From: Tubulanus polymorphus
Lineage: Eukaryota > Animalia > Nemertea
Direction of reading: 5' to 3'
NCBI RefSeq assembly: GCF_964204645.1
Contig: NC_134035.1
Coordinates: 13,512,586-13,576,585 of the forward strand
Length of the DNA: 64,000 nt
Below the pieces are notes generated by a model. It was not told where the DNA came from, ran no database searches, and worked only from the letters and a program-made list of their open reading frames with translations. This document shows positions 26,131-40,651 of this stretch, piece after piece. Both the position numbers and the translations under genes were made by a program. Within the stretch, counting starts at the first letter, position 1; each line of letters starts with the position of its first letter.

Positions 26131-26894
26131 ATAGTGTTGTAATACATGGTGTTGTGTGCTATGTAGATTGCTATTAAGTTCAGCTATCTTAAAACATTGA
26201 TATGTATACTGAAACATTGATACGTTGGTGATTTGGCTGCTTGTTCTACCTCCCCTTCCTAGGGGGATGTCAGTTTTCAATAACTATGATACTGGCTTGT
26301 TGATGTGACCTTCTTCACTCTTTGATGTTCAAAATACGTATAAAATAATGATAGATATAGAATTATGATAATAATAGGTTAAATAATAATAGGCATGAAA
26401 TGATAATAAGGTATAGAATAATAATAAGCATAGTAAAATAATTATAATATGTTTCTCCTTCTTGATTATTGCTGTATGGTAGTTGCATCTACATCAAATT
26501 CACTGAATGATGCTGATAGCTGCTGTGAAGTTCAGCCATCTTGAAACATTGATACATGTACTGAAACATTGATACATGTACTGAAACATTGATATATGTA
26601 CTGAAACATTGATACATGTACTGAAACATTGATCCACATACTGATTTGGTGGTACGTTCTACCTCCTCTCCTCTGCTTTTAGGCGTAATATGAAAAATGT
26701 CAGTCAACTATGATACTGGCTAGTTGATGTGACCTTCTTTACACTTTTGATACATATATCAAATGAATAATAGGTATGAAATAATAAGGTATACTTAAAA
26801 GAATTATGAATTTTCTCCTCCTCCACCTCATGTAGGGATAATGTAGAGTTTTGGGATCTCCTATCTACTCGTTCTTAAAATTTCAAGTAAAACA

Positions 26895-28270
26895 GACTCA
26901 AAACACTGATTGCTACATCTTTAAATATGACTGGTTTCTACGGCATATGAATTTCCAATGCACATCATCATTGACGTTAATTGTCTTTGACTTAAAACAC
27001 TGATTGCTGCCTGTTCCAAATGCTGTTGATTACTGCTGTAATGAATTTCCAATTCGCTTTATCATTGACGTCAATTGTCTTTGACTCAAAACACTGATTG
27101 CTGCCTGTTCCAAATGCTGTTGATTACTGCTGTAATGAATTTCCAATTCGCTTTATCATTGACGTCAATTGTCTGTGACTCAAAACACTGATTGCTGCCT
27201 TTTCCAAATGCTGTTGATTGCTGCTGTAATGAATTTCCAATTCGCATTATCATTGATGTCAATTGTCAGTGACTCAAAACACTGATTGCTGCCTGTTCCA
27301 AATACTGCTGATTGCTGATGTAATGAATTTCTGGGTTGCTTTATCATTGATGTTAATTGTCAGTGATTCAAAACACTGATTGCTGCCTTTTCCAAATGCT
27401 GTTGATTACTGCTGTAATGAATTTCCAATTCGCTTTATCATTGACGTCAATTGTCTGTGACTCAAAACACTGATTGCTGCCTTTTCCAAATGCTGTTGAT
27501 TGCTGCTGTAATGAATTTCCAATTCGCATTATCATTGATGTCAATTGTCAGTGACTCAAAACACTGATTGCTGCCTGTTCCAAATACTGCTGATTGCTGA
27601 TGTAATGAATTTCTGGGTTGCTTTATCATTGATGTTAATTGTCAGTGATTCAAAACACTGATTGCTGCCTTTTCCAAATACTGTTGATTGCTGCTGTAAT
27701 GAATTTCTGGGTTGCTTTATCATTGATGTTAATTGTCAGTGATTCAAAACACTGATTGCTGCCTTTTCCAAATGCTGTTGATTACTGCTGTAATGAATTT
27801 CCAATTCGCTTTATCATTGACGTCAATTGTCTGTGATTCAAAACACTGATTGCTGCCTTTTCCAAATGCTGTTGATTGCTGCTGTAATGAATTTCCAATT
27901 CACATCATCATTGATGTTAATTGTCAGTGACTCAAAACACTGATTGCTGCCTTTTCCAAATACTGTTGATTGCTGCTGTAATGAATTTCCAATTCACATC
28001 ATCATTGATGTTAATTGTCAGTGACTCAAAACACTGATTGCTGCCTGTTCCAAATACTGTTGATTGCTGATGTAATGAATTTCTGGGTTGCTTTATCATT
28101 GATGTTAATTGTCAGGGATTCAAAACACTGATTGCTGCCTTTTCCAAATACTGTTGATTGCTGCTGTAATGAATTTCTGGGTTGCTTTATCATTGATGTT
28201 AATTGTCAGTGATTCAAAACACTGATTGCTGCCTTTTCCAAATACTGTTGATTGCTGCTGTAATGAATTT
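26895..28270. repeat. 94-bp satellite, about 14-15 monomers
   Basis: CAAAACACTGATTGC at 27087, 27181, 27275 and onward. Confidence 0.95.
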
Positions 28271-31200
28271 CTTCAACTGTCATGTAGAAATGTGACAAAC
28301 AAACTGAATTGTCAGTGTGTTACATCACTGATGACCTCCTTTAATACTGCTGTTTTCTGGTGGTGTAAATTGATACACTCTGTTTTGGGGTGATATTGAG
28401 TTCAGGAGTCTCCTCCTTCCTGCTTCAACTGTCATGTAGAAACGTGACAAACAAACTGAATTGTCAGTGTGTTACAACACTGATGACCTCCTTTAATACT
28501 GCTGCTTGCTGCTGGCTCGGTTTTGGGGTGATATTGAGATCAGGAGTCTCCTCCTTCCTGCTTCAACTGTCATGTAGAAACGTGACAAACAAACTGAATT
28601 GTCAGTGTGTTACATCACTGATGACCTCCTTTAATACTGCTGCTTGGTGCTGGGTGTTAATTAATACACTCGTTTTGGGGTGATATTGAGTGCAGGAGTC
28701 TCCTCCTTCCTTCTTCAACTGTCATGTAGAAACGTGACAAACAAACTGAATTGTCAGTGTGTTACATCACTGATGACCTCCTTTAATACTGCTGCTTGCT
28801 GCTGGGTGTTAATTAATACACTCGTTTTGGGGTGATATTGAGTGCAGGAGTCTCCTCCTTCCTTCTTCAACTGTCATGTAGAAATGTGACAAACAAACTG
28901 AATTGTCAGTGTGTTACATCACTGATGGGCTCCTTTAATCCTGCTGCTTGCTGCTGGGTGTTAATTGATACACTCTGTTTTGGGGTGATATTGAGTTCAG
29001 GAGTCTCCTCCTTCCTTCTTCAACTGTCATGTAGAAACGTGACAAACAAACTGAATTGTCAGTGCGTTACATCACTGATGACCTCCTTGAATACTGCTGT
29101 TTTCTGGTGGTGTTAATTGATACACTCTGTTTTGGGGTGATATTTAAAATATATATAAAAATTATTACATTAAACATTTTAACAACATGAATCATCCTCC
29201 TTAAATACTGCTGCTTGCTGCTGGCTCTGTTTTGGGGTGATATTGAGTTCAGGAGTCTCCTTCCTGCTTCAATTGTCATGTAGAAACGTGACAAACAAAC
29301 TGAATTGTCAGTGTGTTACATCACTGATGACCTCCTTTAATACTGCTGCTTGCTGCTGGGTGTTAATTGATACACTCTGTTTTGGGGTGATATCGAGTGC
29401 AGGAGTCTCCTCCTTCCTTCTTCAACTGTCATGTAGAAACGTGACAAACAAACTGAATTGTCAGTGCGTTACATCACTGATGACCTCCTTGAAAACTGCT
29501 GTTTTCTGGTGGTGTTAATTGATACACTCTGTTTTGGGGTGATATTTAAAATATATATAAAAATTATTACATTAAACATTATAACAACATGAATCATCCT
29601 CCTTAAATACTGCTGCTTGCTGCTGGCTCTGTTTTGGGGTGATATTGAGTTCAGGAGTCTCCTCCTTCCTGCTTCAACTGTCATGTAGAAACGTGACAAA
29701 CAAACTGAATTGTCAGTGTGTTACAACACTGATGACCTCCTTTAATACTGCTGCTTGCTGCTGGCTCGGTTTTGGGGTGATATTGAGATCAGGAGTCTCC
29801 TCCTTCCTTCTTCAACTGTCATGTAGAAACGTGACAAACAAACTGAATTGTCAGTGTGTTACATCACTGATGACCTCCTTTAATACTGCTGTTTGCTGGT
29901 GGTGTTAATTGATACACTCTGTTTTGGGGTGATATTGATCGCAGGAGTCTCCTCCTTCCTTCTTCAACTGTCATGTAGAAATGTGACAAACAAACTGAAT
30001 TGTCAGTGTGTTACATCACTGATGACCTCCTTTAATACTGCTGCTTGCTGCTGGGTGTTAATTGATACATTCTGTTTTGGGGTGATATCTAAAATATATA
30101 TAAAAATTATTACATTAAACATTATAACAACATGAATCATTCTCCTTAAATACTGCTGCTTGCTGCTGGCTCTGTTTTGGGGTGATATTGAGTTCAGGAG
30201 TCTCCTCCTTCCTGCTTCAACTGTCATGTAGAAACGTGACAAACAAACTGAATTGTCAGTGCGTTACATCACTGATGACCTCCTTGAATACTGCTGTTTT
30301 CTGGTGGTGTTAATTGATACACTCTGTTTTGGGGTGATATTTAAAATATATATAAAAATTATTACATTAAACATTATAACAACATGAATCATCCTCCTTA
30401 AATACTGCTGCTTGCTGCTGGCTCTGTTTTGGGGTGATATTGAGTTCAGGAGTCTCCTCCTTCCTGCTTCAACTGTCATGTAGAAACGTGACAAACAAAC
30501 TGAATTGTCAGTGTGTTACAACACTGATGACCTCCTTTAATACTGCTGCTTGCTGCTGGCTCGGTTTTGGGGTGATAGTGAGTTCAGGAGTCTCCTCCTT
30601 CCTTCTTCAACTGTCATGTAGAAACGTGACAAACAAACTGAATTGTCAGTGTGTTACATCACTGATGACCTTCTTTAATACTGCTGTTTTCTGGTGGTGT
30701 TAATTGATACACTCTGTTTTGGGGTGATATTTAAAATATATAAAAAAATTATTACATTAAACATTATAACATCATGAATCATCCTCCTTTAATACTGCTG
30801 CTTGCTGCTGGCTCTGTTTTGGGGTGATATTGAGATCAGGAGTCTTCTCCTTCCTGCTTCAACTGTCATGTAGAAACGTGACAAGCAAACTGAATTGTCA
30901 GTGTGTTACATCACTGATGGGCTCCTTTAATACTGCTGCTTGCTGCTGGCTCGGTTTTGGGGTGATAGTGAGTTCAGGAGTCTCCTCCTTCCTTCTTCAA
31001 CTGTCATGTAGAAACGTGACAAACAAACTGAATTGTCAGTGTGTTACAACACTGATGACCTCCTTTAATACTGCTGCTTGCTGCTGGGTGTTAATTGATA
31101 CACTCTGTTTTGGGGTGATATTTAAAATATATAAAAAAATTATTACATTAAACATTATAACATCATGAATCATCCTCCTTAAATACTGCTGCTTGCTGCT

Positions 31201-34200
31201 GGCTCGGTTTTGGGGTGATATTGAGTTCAGGAGTCTCCTCCTTCCTTCTTCGACTGTCATGTAGAAACGTGACAAACAAACTGAATTGTCAGTGTGTTAC
31301 ATCACTGATGACCTCCTTGAATACTGCTGTTTTCTGGTGGTGTTAATTGGTACACTCTGTTTTGGGGTGATATTTAAAATATATATAAAAATTATTACAT
31401 TAAACATTATAACAACATGAATCATCCTCCTTTAATACTGCTGCTTGCTGCTGGCTCTGTTTTGGGGTGATATTGAGATCAGGAGTCTTCTCCTTCCTGC
31501 TTCAACTGTCATGTCGAAACGTGACAAACAAACTGAATTGTCAGTGTGTTACATCACTGATGACCTCCTTTAATACTGCTGCTTGCTGCTGGCTCTGTTT
31601 TGGGGTGATATTGAGATCAGGAGTCTCCTCCTTCCTGCTTCAACTGTCATGTAGAAACGTGACAAACAAACTGAATTGTCAGTGTGTTACATCACTGATG
31701 ACCTCCTTTAATACTGCTGCTTGCTGCTGGCTCGGTTTTGGGGTGATATTGAGATCAGGAGTCTCCTCCTTCCTTCTTCAACTGTCATGTAGAAACGTGA
31801 CAAACAAACTGAATTGTCAGTGTGTTACATCACTGATGGGCTCCTTTAATACTGCTGCTTGCTGCTGGGTGTTAATTGATACACTCTGTTTTGGGGTGAT
31901 ATATTGAGTTTTGGTGAGTTTTGCTTCCTGATCTCCCTTATTGCGACTTAACGTTTTGAATGAATGAATATTCAAAGCAGCTATCCATCGATAGCTTTGT
32001 GGTGGTTGTATCATTGAAATGTCGCTGGTGTTGGTACATTGTATATATTGTAATATATGTTGGTGAATTGGGATTGATTCTTATGTTTTCTGATCATCCT
32101 TATCGTGACTTTACGTTTTAAATGTATAAATATTCAAAGCAGCTATCCATCGATAGCTTTGTGGTGGTTGAATCATTGAAATGTCGCTGGTGTTGGTACA
32201 TTGTATATATTGTAATATATGTCGGTTAGTTGGGATTGATTCTTATGTTTTCTGATCATCCTTATCGTGACTTTACGTTTCAAATGTATAAATATTCAAA
32301 GCAGCTATCCATCGATAGCTTTGTGGTGGTTGAATCATTGAAATGTCGCTGGTGTTGGTACTGTGTATATGGTATCAGCAAATTGTTATCATCACATTTT
32401 AAAAGTGTTATATTCAAAGATGCTATTGCTTGATAGCTTCACTCTTGTTCTTTGCACCTGAAGGTTGATAATTGTCATGTAGAAACGTGACAAACGAACT
32501 GAATTGTCAGTTTGTTACATCACTGATGACCTCCTTTAATACTGCTGCTTGCTGCTGGGTGTTAATTGATACACTCTGTTTTGGGGTGATATTGAGTTCA
32601 GGAGTCTCCTCCTTCCTTCTTCAACTGTCATGTAGAAACATGACAAACAAACTGAATTGTCAGTGTGTTACATCACTGATGACCTCCTTGAATACTGCTG
32701 TTTTCTGGTGGTGTTAATTGATACACTCACTGTTTTAGGGTGATATTTAGAATATATATATAAAATTATTACATTAAACATTATAACAACATGAATCATC
32801 CTCCTTAAATACTGCTGCTTGCTGCTGGCTCTGTTTTGGGGTTATATTGAGATCAGGAGTCTCCTCCTTCCTGCTTCAACTGTCATGTAGAAACGTGACA
32901 AGCAAACTGAATTGTCAGTGTGTTACAACACTGATGACCTCCTTTAATACTGCTGCTTGCTGCTGGGTGTTAATTAATACACTCTGTTTTGGGGTTATAT
33001 TGAGATCAGGAGTCTCCTCCTTCCTGCTTCAACTGTCATGTAGAAACGTGACAAACAAACTGAATTGTCAGTGTGTTACAACACTGATGACCTCCTTTAA
33101 TACTGCTGCTTGCTGCTGGGTGTTAATTAATACACTCTGTTTTGGGGTTATATTGAGATCAGGAGTCTCCTCCTTCCTGCTTCAACTGTCATGTAGAAAC
33201 GTGACAAACAAACTGAATTGTCAGTGTGTTACAACACTGATGACCTCCTTTAATACTGCTGCTTGCTGCTGGGTGTTAATTAATACACTGTTTTGGGGTT
33301 ATATTGAGATCAGGAGTCTCCTCCTTCCTGCTTCAACTGTCATGTAGAAACGTGACAAACAAACTGAATTGTCAGTGTGTTACAACACTGATGACCTCCT
33401 TACATACTGCTGCTTGCTGCTGGCTCTGTTTTGGGGTGATATTGAGTTCAGGAGTCTCCTCCTTCCTGCTTCAACTGTCATGTAGAAACGTGACAAACAA
33501 ACTGAATTGTCAGTGTGTTACAACACTGATGACCTCCTTTAATACTGCTGCTTGCTGCTGGCTCGGTTTTGGGGTGATATTGAGTTCAGGAGTCTCCTCC
33601 TTCCTGCTTCAACTGTCATGTAGAAACGTGACAAGCAAACTGAATTGTCAGTGTGTTACATCACTGATGGGCTCCTTTAATACTGCTGCTTGCTGCTGGG
33701 TGTTAATTGATACACTCTGTTTTGGGGTGATATTTAAAATATATAAAAAAATTATTACATTAAACATTATAACATCATGAATCATCCTCCTTAAATACTG
33801 CTGCTTGCTACTGGCTCGGTTTTGGGGTGATATTGAGTTCAGGAGTCTCCTCCTTCCTTCTTCGACTGTCATGTAGAAACGTGACAAACAAACTGAATTG
33901 TCAGTGTGTTACATCACTGATGACCTCCTTGAATACTGCTGTTTTCTGGTGGTGTTAATTGGTACACTCTGTTTTGGGGTGATATTTAAAATATGTATAT
34001 AAAAATTATTACATTAAACATTATAACAACATGAATCATCCTCCTTTAATACTGCTGCTTGCTGCTGGCTCTGTTTTGGGGTGATATTGAGATCAGGAGT
34101 CTTCTCCTTCCTGCTTCAACTGTCATGTCGAAACGTGACAAACAAACTGAATTGTCAGTGTGTTACATCACTGATGACCTCCTTTAATACTGCTGCTTGC

Positions 34201-36470
34201 TGCTGGCTCTGTTTTGGGGTTATATTGAGATCAGGAGTCTCCTCCTTCCTGCTTCAACTGTCATGTAGAAACGTGACAAACAAACTGAATTGTCAGTGTG
34301 TTACATCACTGATGACCTCCTTTAATACTGCTGCTTGCTGCTGGCTCGGTTTTGGGGTGATATTGAGATCAGGAGTCTCCTCCTTCCTTCTTCAACTGTC
34401 ATGTAGAAACGTGACAAACAAACTGAATTGTCAGTGTGTTACATCACTGATGGGCTCCTTTAATACTGCTGCTTGCTGCTGGGTGTTAATTGATACACTC
34501 TGTTTTGGGGTGATATATTGAGTTTTGGTGAGTTTTGCTTCCTGATCTCCCTTATTGCGACTTAACGTTTTGAATGAATGAATATTCAAAGCAGCTATCC
34601 ATCGATAGCTTTGTGGTGGTTGAATCATTGAAATGTCGCTGGTGTTGGTACATTGTATATATTGTAATATATGTCGGTTAATTGGGATTGATTCTTATGT
34701 TTTCTGATCATCCTTATCGTGACTTTACGTTTTAAATGTATAAATATTCAAAGCAGCTATCCATCGATAGCTTTGTGGTGGTTGTATCATTGAAATGTCG
34801 CTGGTGTTGGTTCTGTGTATAAATTGTAATATATGTTGGTGAATTGGGATTGATTCTTATGTTTTCTGATCGTCCTTATTGCGACTTTACATTTTAAATG
34901 TATAAATATTCAAAGTAGCTATCCATCGATAGCTTTGTGGTGGTTGAATCTTTGAAATGTCGCTGGTGTTGGTACATTGTATATATTGTAATATATGTCG
35001 GTTAGTTGGGATTGATTCTTATGTTTTCTGATCATCCTTATCGCGACTTTACGTTTTAAATGTATAAATATTCAAAGTAGCTATCCATCGATAGCTTTGT
35101 GGTGGTTGTATCATTGAAATGTCGCTGGTGTTGGTACATTGTATATATTGTAATATATGTCGGTTAGTTGGGATTGATTCTTATGTTTTCTGATCATCCT
35201 TATCGCGACTTTACGTTTTAAATGTATAAATATTCAAAGTAGCTATCCATCGATAGCTTTGTGGTGGTTGAATCTTTGAAATATCGCTGGTGTTGGTACA
35301 TTGTATATATTGTAATATATGTCGGTTAGTTGGGATTGATTCTTATGTTTTCTGATCATCCTTATCGCGACTTTACGTTTTAAATGTATAAATATTCAAA
35401 GTAGCTATCCATCGATAGCTTTGTGGTGGTTGTATCATTGAAATGTCGCTGGTGTTGGTACATTGTATATATTGTAATATATGTCGGTTAGTTGGGATTG
35501 ATTCTTATGTTTTCTGATCATCCTTATCGTGACTTTACGTTTCAAATGTATAAATATTCAAAACAGCTATCCATCGATAGCTTTGTGGTGGTTGTATCTT
35601 TGAAATGTCGCTGGTGTTGGTACATTGTATATATTGTAATATATGTCGGTTAGTTGGGATTGATTCTTATGTTTTCTGATCATCCTTATCGTGACTTTAC
35701 GTTTTAAATGTATAAATATTCAAAGCAGCTATCCATCGATAGCTTTGTGGTGGTTGTATCATTGAAATGTCGCTGGTGTTGGTACTGTGTATATGGTATC
35801 AGCAAATTGTTATCATCACATTTTAAAAGTGTTATATTCAAAGATGCTATTGCTTGATAGCTTCACTCTTGTTCTTTGCACCTGAAGGTTGATAATTGTC
35901 ATGTAGAAACGTGACAAACGAACTGAATTGTCAGTTTGTTACATCACTGATGACCTCCTTTAATCCTGCTGCTTGCTGCTGGGTGTTAATTGATACACTC
36001 TGTTTTGGGGTGATATTGAGTTCAGGAGTCTCCTCCTTCCTTCTTCAACTGTCATGTAGAAACATGACAAACAAACTGAATTGTCAGTGTGTTACATCAC
36101 TGATGATCCCCTTTAGTACTGTTGCTTGGTGCTGGTTGTAAATTGATACGCTCTGGGGTGATTTCGATGCATTCTCCTTCCTTCTTCATCTGTCATGTAG
36201 AAACGTGACAAACAAACTGAATTGTCAGTGTGTTACATCACTGATGGCCTCCTTTAATACTGCTGCTTGCTGCTGGGTGTTAATTAATACACTCTGTTTT
36301 GGGGTGATATTGAGTTCAGGAGTCTCCTCCTTCCTTCTTCAACTGTCATGTAGAAACATGACAAACAAACTGAATTGTCAGTGTGTTACATCACTGATGG
36401 CCTCCTTGAATACTGCTGCTTGCTGCTGGGTGTTAATTGATACACTCTGTTTTGGGGTGATATATTGAGT
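28271..36470. repeat. Composite satellite of 138/153-bp monomers plus AT-rich spacer modules, with embedded 162-bp arrays
   Basis: Core CTTCAACTGTCATGTAGAAACGTGACAAACAAACTGAATTGTCAGTG; optional 15-bp insert; block duplication at a ~2.61-kb offset (31467 vs 34081). Confidence 0.95.
34575..35790. repeat. 162-bp satellite (about 8 units; a 3-unit copy at ~31960-32365)
   Basis: AGCTATCCATCGATAGCT dyad recurs every 162 bp. Confidence 0.93.
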
Positions 36471-37199
36471 TTTGGTGAGTTTTGCTGCCTGATCTCCCTT
36501 GTAGCGACTTTACGTAAAAAGAATAAAAGGTATAAAAGAATAATAGGTTTAAAAGAATGATGTGAAATAATTAAAGTTTCCTATAAACTTTACATGTCAA
36601 TGAAGAAACAGATGGGAAATACTGTTACATGTTAATTTCTACATTCTGTTCTAATTAAGGGTGATGATTAAAACTTGAATTAGTCATTACTTGTTCAGTA
36701 GATTTGTTAGATAGGAATCAGCTAAACTGGGTCAGTGTGTTTTATCAATGCTGATAAACTCTAAACCTGAGTTAATAAAACTTCAGAACATTGGAGCCAA
36801 TTCTTATCCATTATAGCCTATTAAATGAAGATCGATCATCATAAACACCGGTGAAAACAATTGACGTCTCACTTTGCACCTGAAGTCTCACTTCGCACTG
36901 ATGCATCCATGCACTAATGCACTTGCATGAAATGGCACTAAATACATAAAGACACACAAATTGTGTTTATGTATATTTCAGGGGATACACATGCACACCC
37001 GCGGGTCCATGCGCATGATCGACATGTAGAGTGCTATCTTTGTTTGTGTGTGGATATAATTTGTGATAATGTTTCAGTGTTTGTCATTGAAAAGCATTAA
37101 TTCTACAAACAATCTTAAATACTCATTTTGTAAACAAAAACATAAAAGGTTAATGATTAATTGTAAAATGGTAAAAATGAAATGTGAAAATATCTATGT

Positions 37200-38673
37200 C
37201 TGAAATAATGTACTGAAGATTAAGTCGCAGTGGTTATAGAAAGATTAGAGGGTCAGATCAGCTAGATCAGATGTACTGAGTTATCTCACTCAAAGTCAGA
37301 AACAAAGAGTCACAGGGAAAGTTAACAGTTCCAGAGGAACGTCGAGTCATTTGTCTGAACTGACTTTAAATCAGGTATGATATTGAAATTGTATAGATCA
37401 ATTTTCAAAGTATCAAAATTGAAAATTATTCATATTTTGTGTTTTCTTGTAGCAAATATTGAGAGGTCACAGAACTGAGTGTCACTAGAGATGAGACCAT
37501 CACCAGGCATCAGATGAATGTCACCACTCAGATCAGTAGTAATGATTCATCTCCGTCAAAGTCAGCAAAAGTCGCAAGGAAGGTTGACAGTTCCAGAGGA
37601 ACGTCGAGTCATTAGTCTGAACTGACTATAAATCAGGTATCAAGGTACATAAAACATGGTTCTCTTGTTGTAGGAAAAGTCTCAAACATTATGCTGGTCT
37701 GTTAGACATACAATACCAGAGGAAGGATAAGTCATTGAACTGACTATAAATCAAAGTCTCAAAATCTAAAATTATTCATATTTTATGTTTTCTTGTAGCA
37801 AATATTGAGAGGTTTAACCACAGAACTGAGTGTCACCATAGATGAGAATATCACTAGTGAGATCAGTACAGAACTATGTCCCTCCAAGTGGATAGATCAG
37901 GGCGTCACCAGTGAGATAAGTGCATCACAAGTGAGATGAGATCAGTGGTGCTGTGCTATATCTGCCTCTAAGTCAGGAACGAAGTAACAATTAAGAGTCA
38001 CATGTAAACAGTTCCAGAGGAATGTCGAGTCATTAGTCTGAACTGACTTTAAATCAGGTATAATATTGAAAATGATATGAATCAATTTTCAAATCAAAAG
38101 TTGAAAATTGCCGGTATTCATATGTATTTTGTGTTTTCTTGTAGCAAATATTGAGAGGTCCACAGAACTGAGTCATCAGAGATGAGACAATCACGAGGCA
38201 TCAGTTAGATGAATGTCGCCACTGAGATCAGTTGTACTTAATTAACTGCCTTAGCAACAAAGTAGAGTCACAAACTTAACAGTTGCAAAGGAAGGTCGAG
38301 TCATTAGTCTGAACTGACTTTAAATCAGGTATAACTTTGAAATTACATGAATCAATTTTCAAATCTCACGTTATTCAAAATTATTCATATTTTGAGTTTT
38401 CGTTTTGTGAGTAGGAAATATCTAGAGATGTTATGTTACTAAAAGATGGAAAAATACCTTCAGGGATTCACATGAATATTCTTCCAAAGTTGAAAGAATG
38501 GATGAGTCATGAATCTGAACAGACTATAAATCAGGTATATTGTAATAGAAAAACGACTTATGTTTTAATGTTTGGTTGATTGTTGAAAATATCCTTTAAT
38601 GTTTGTTTGTTTGTCTTGTAGGTGAAAATGTGTGAAATATCTAATCTTACTCGATGTTGACTCTGATAATCAG
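37200..38673 (+). other. Tandemly duplicated exon-intron cassettes (decayed gene or lncRNA)
   Basis: Donors AATCAG|GT at 37374, 37636, 38057, 38328, 38534, 38673; acceptors ending GTAG (mostly TCTTGTAG) at 37452, 37798, 38144, 38414, 38621; no continuous ORF. Confidence 0.55.
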
Positions 38674-38694
38674 GTGGCGCCTGTTGATCGTTTG

Positions 38695-39450
38695 AGAACT
38701 CTAATGCGTTGCTGGAACTTGGAGAACTCTAATGCGTTACTGGAACTTGTTGAACTCTAATGCGTTGCTGGAACTTGGAGAACTCTAATGCGTTACTGGA
38801 ACTTGTTGAACTCTAATGCGTTGCTGGAACTCGGAGAACTCTAATGCGTTGCTGGAACTTGGAGAACTCTAATGCGTTGCTGGAACTTGGAGAACTCTAA
38901 TGCGTTGCTGGAACTTGGAGAACTCTAATGCGTTGCTGGAACTCGGAGAACTCTAATGCGTTGCTGGAACTTGGTGAACTCTAATGCGTTGCTGGAACTT
39001 GGAGAACTCTAATGCGTTGCTGGAACTTGGAGAACTCTAATGCGTTGCTGGAACTTGGAGAACTTTAATGCGTTGCTGGAACTTGGAGAACTTTAATGCG
39101 TTGCTGGAACTTGGTGAACTCTAATGCGTTGCTGGAACTTGGAGAACTCTAATGCGTTGCTGGAACTTGGTGAACTCTAATGCGTTGCTGGAACTTGGAG
39201 AACTCTAATGCGTTACTGGAACTTGGAGAACTTTAATGCGTTGCTGGAACTTGGTGAACTCTAATGCGTTGCTGGAACTTGGTGAACTCTAATGCGTTGC
39301 TGGAACTTGGAGAACTCTAATGCGTTGCTGGAACTTGGAGAACTCTAATGCGTTACTGGAACTTGGAGAACTCCAATGTTTTGCTTGAACTTGGAGAACT
39401 CTAATGCGTTGCTTAACTTGGAGAATTCTTGTGAATGTTAAGACTTTGAG
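38695..39450. repeat. 28-bp minisatellite (GAACTCTAATGCGTTGCTGGAACTTGGA)
   Basis: About 26 units. Confidence 0.96.
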
Positions 39451-40501
39451 AATTCTTATGTGTGTGCAACTGACCCTGTGTATCAATATGTGTGTTCAAT
39501 TCGAGATTTACTTTGATTTGAATAAAACAAGTTAGAATATCTTTGATCGTTTCTAAAGAATTGTTGATGTTGTTTTGAGGTGGAACTGAAATGCAGTAGT
39601 CAGTTCCGTAGTGTGTTTGAACTTGACATGACATGATGACTGACCTTGATTTCTTCTTGTTGACTTCTGTCTGTGTTTGTTAATTACACTTCGTAACTCG
39701 TTTGTTTTTGTAAAACTTATTTATTTCTATGAAATGATATGGTGATTTGTAGAGGAGCTGTAGTGTATTCTCAACTTGGTGTGAATAGTAAAACGAGGTG
39801 GAAAGTACTTAACCAGTTTTATCTTGTCTTATTTGTTACATTGATAGATATATTGATTTTGTGGTACTTAATTTATTTAAAGTGCTTGTGATTGGTGTTT
39901 GATAATTGGTTGACCTCTTTGTTTACTTATAAATACATATTGAACTATTAATCACGAAGACTAAAACCTATTTGTGGCTTAGTTGTTCACTACAAATTGT
40001 TTGTGTTGTTTTTCTGTGGTCTACAGTGGACTCGACTCTTCTAACTCGAATCACACTAATCAAGTATAGTATCACATTGACTCTCAGACACTTTCAAACT
40101 CTTTGAAATTCTATTGTCTACAGTCAATCACCTGTACTCGCTTGTTTTAATTGATTTAGTAAGGAGAACTCGGTCTACCCATGCACATTTAAACTTGATA
40201 GTCCAGATTATATTTTTCAGTATATACTAACACGTTAAGTGTAATGATAGATAACTACAGTAAACCTAACTTGGATTTTCACTTCAACTCGTGCCAATCT
40301 AGCGGGTCACAGTTAATCCCAGTAAGGGCGAGCCGGTTTACTGAAGAAGTGTCTGTCACCGTTACCCAGAATATGTCTACTCAAGTATTGAACCTGGGGC
40401 ACCCCTGTTTATCCTCTATTCAGCATCAGGACCACTGAAATCAGGGGCAGTAATTTTTGGGTTCGAACTCTGGACATTCGCCTAGTTTAAATGATGCTAT
40501 G

Positions 40502-40651
40502 ATCGCCATCTATCGGAAGTTGGCTGAACTGACTAGACGGCTCTTATTTGTCTCACTGACTCTTCTTTAATCGAATACGAATACGAAGGAGAGTCAGTGA
40601 GACAAATAAGAGCTGTCTAGTCAGTTCAGCCAAATTCCAATAGATGGCGAT
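40502..40651. mobile_element. Hairpin MITE (~150 bp near-perfect palindrome)
   Basis: ATCGCCATCTAT..GGCTGAACTGACTAGAC.GCTCTTATTTGTCTCACTGACTCT and its reverse complement. Confidence 0.8.

Noticed and set aside
28390-36468. Many Cys-rich ORFs (GVSSFLLQLSCRNVTNKLNCQC...) as a repetitive protein gene
   Set aside because: They arise because the 138/153-bp monomers are multiples of 3. They are repeatedly broken by stops, frameshifts and spacer modules, and mostly lack true ATG starts.
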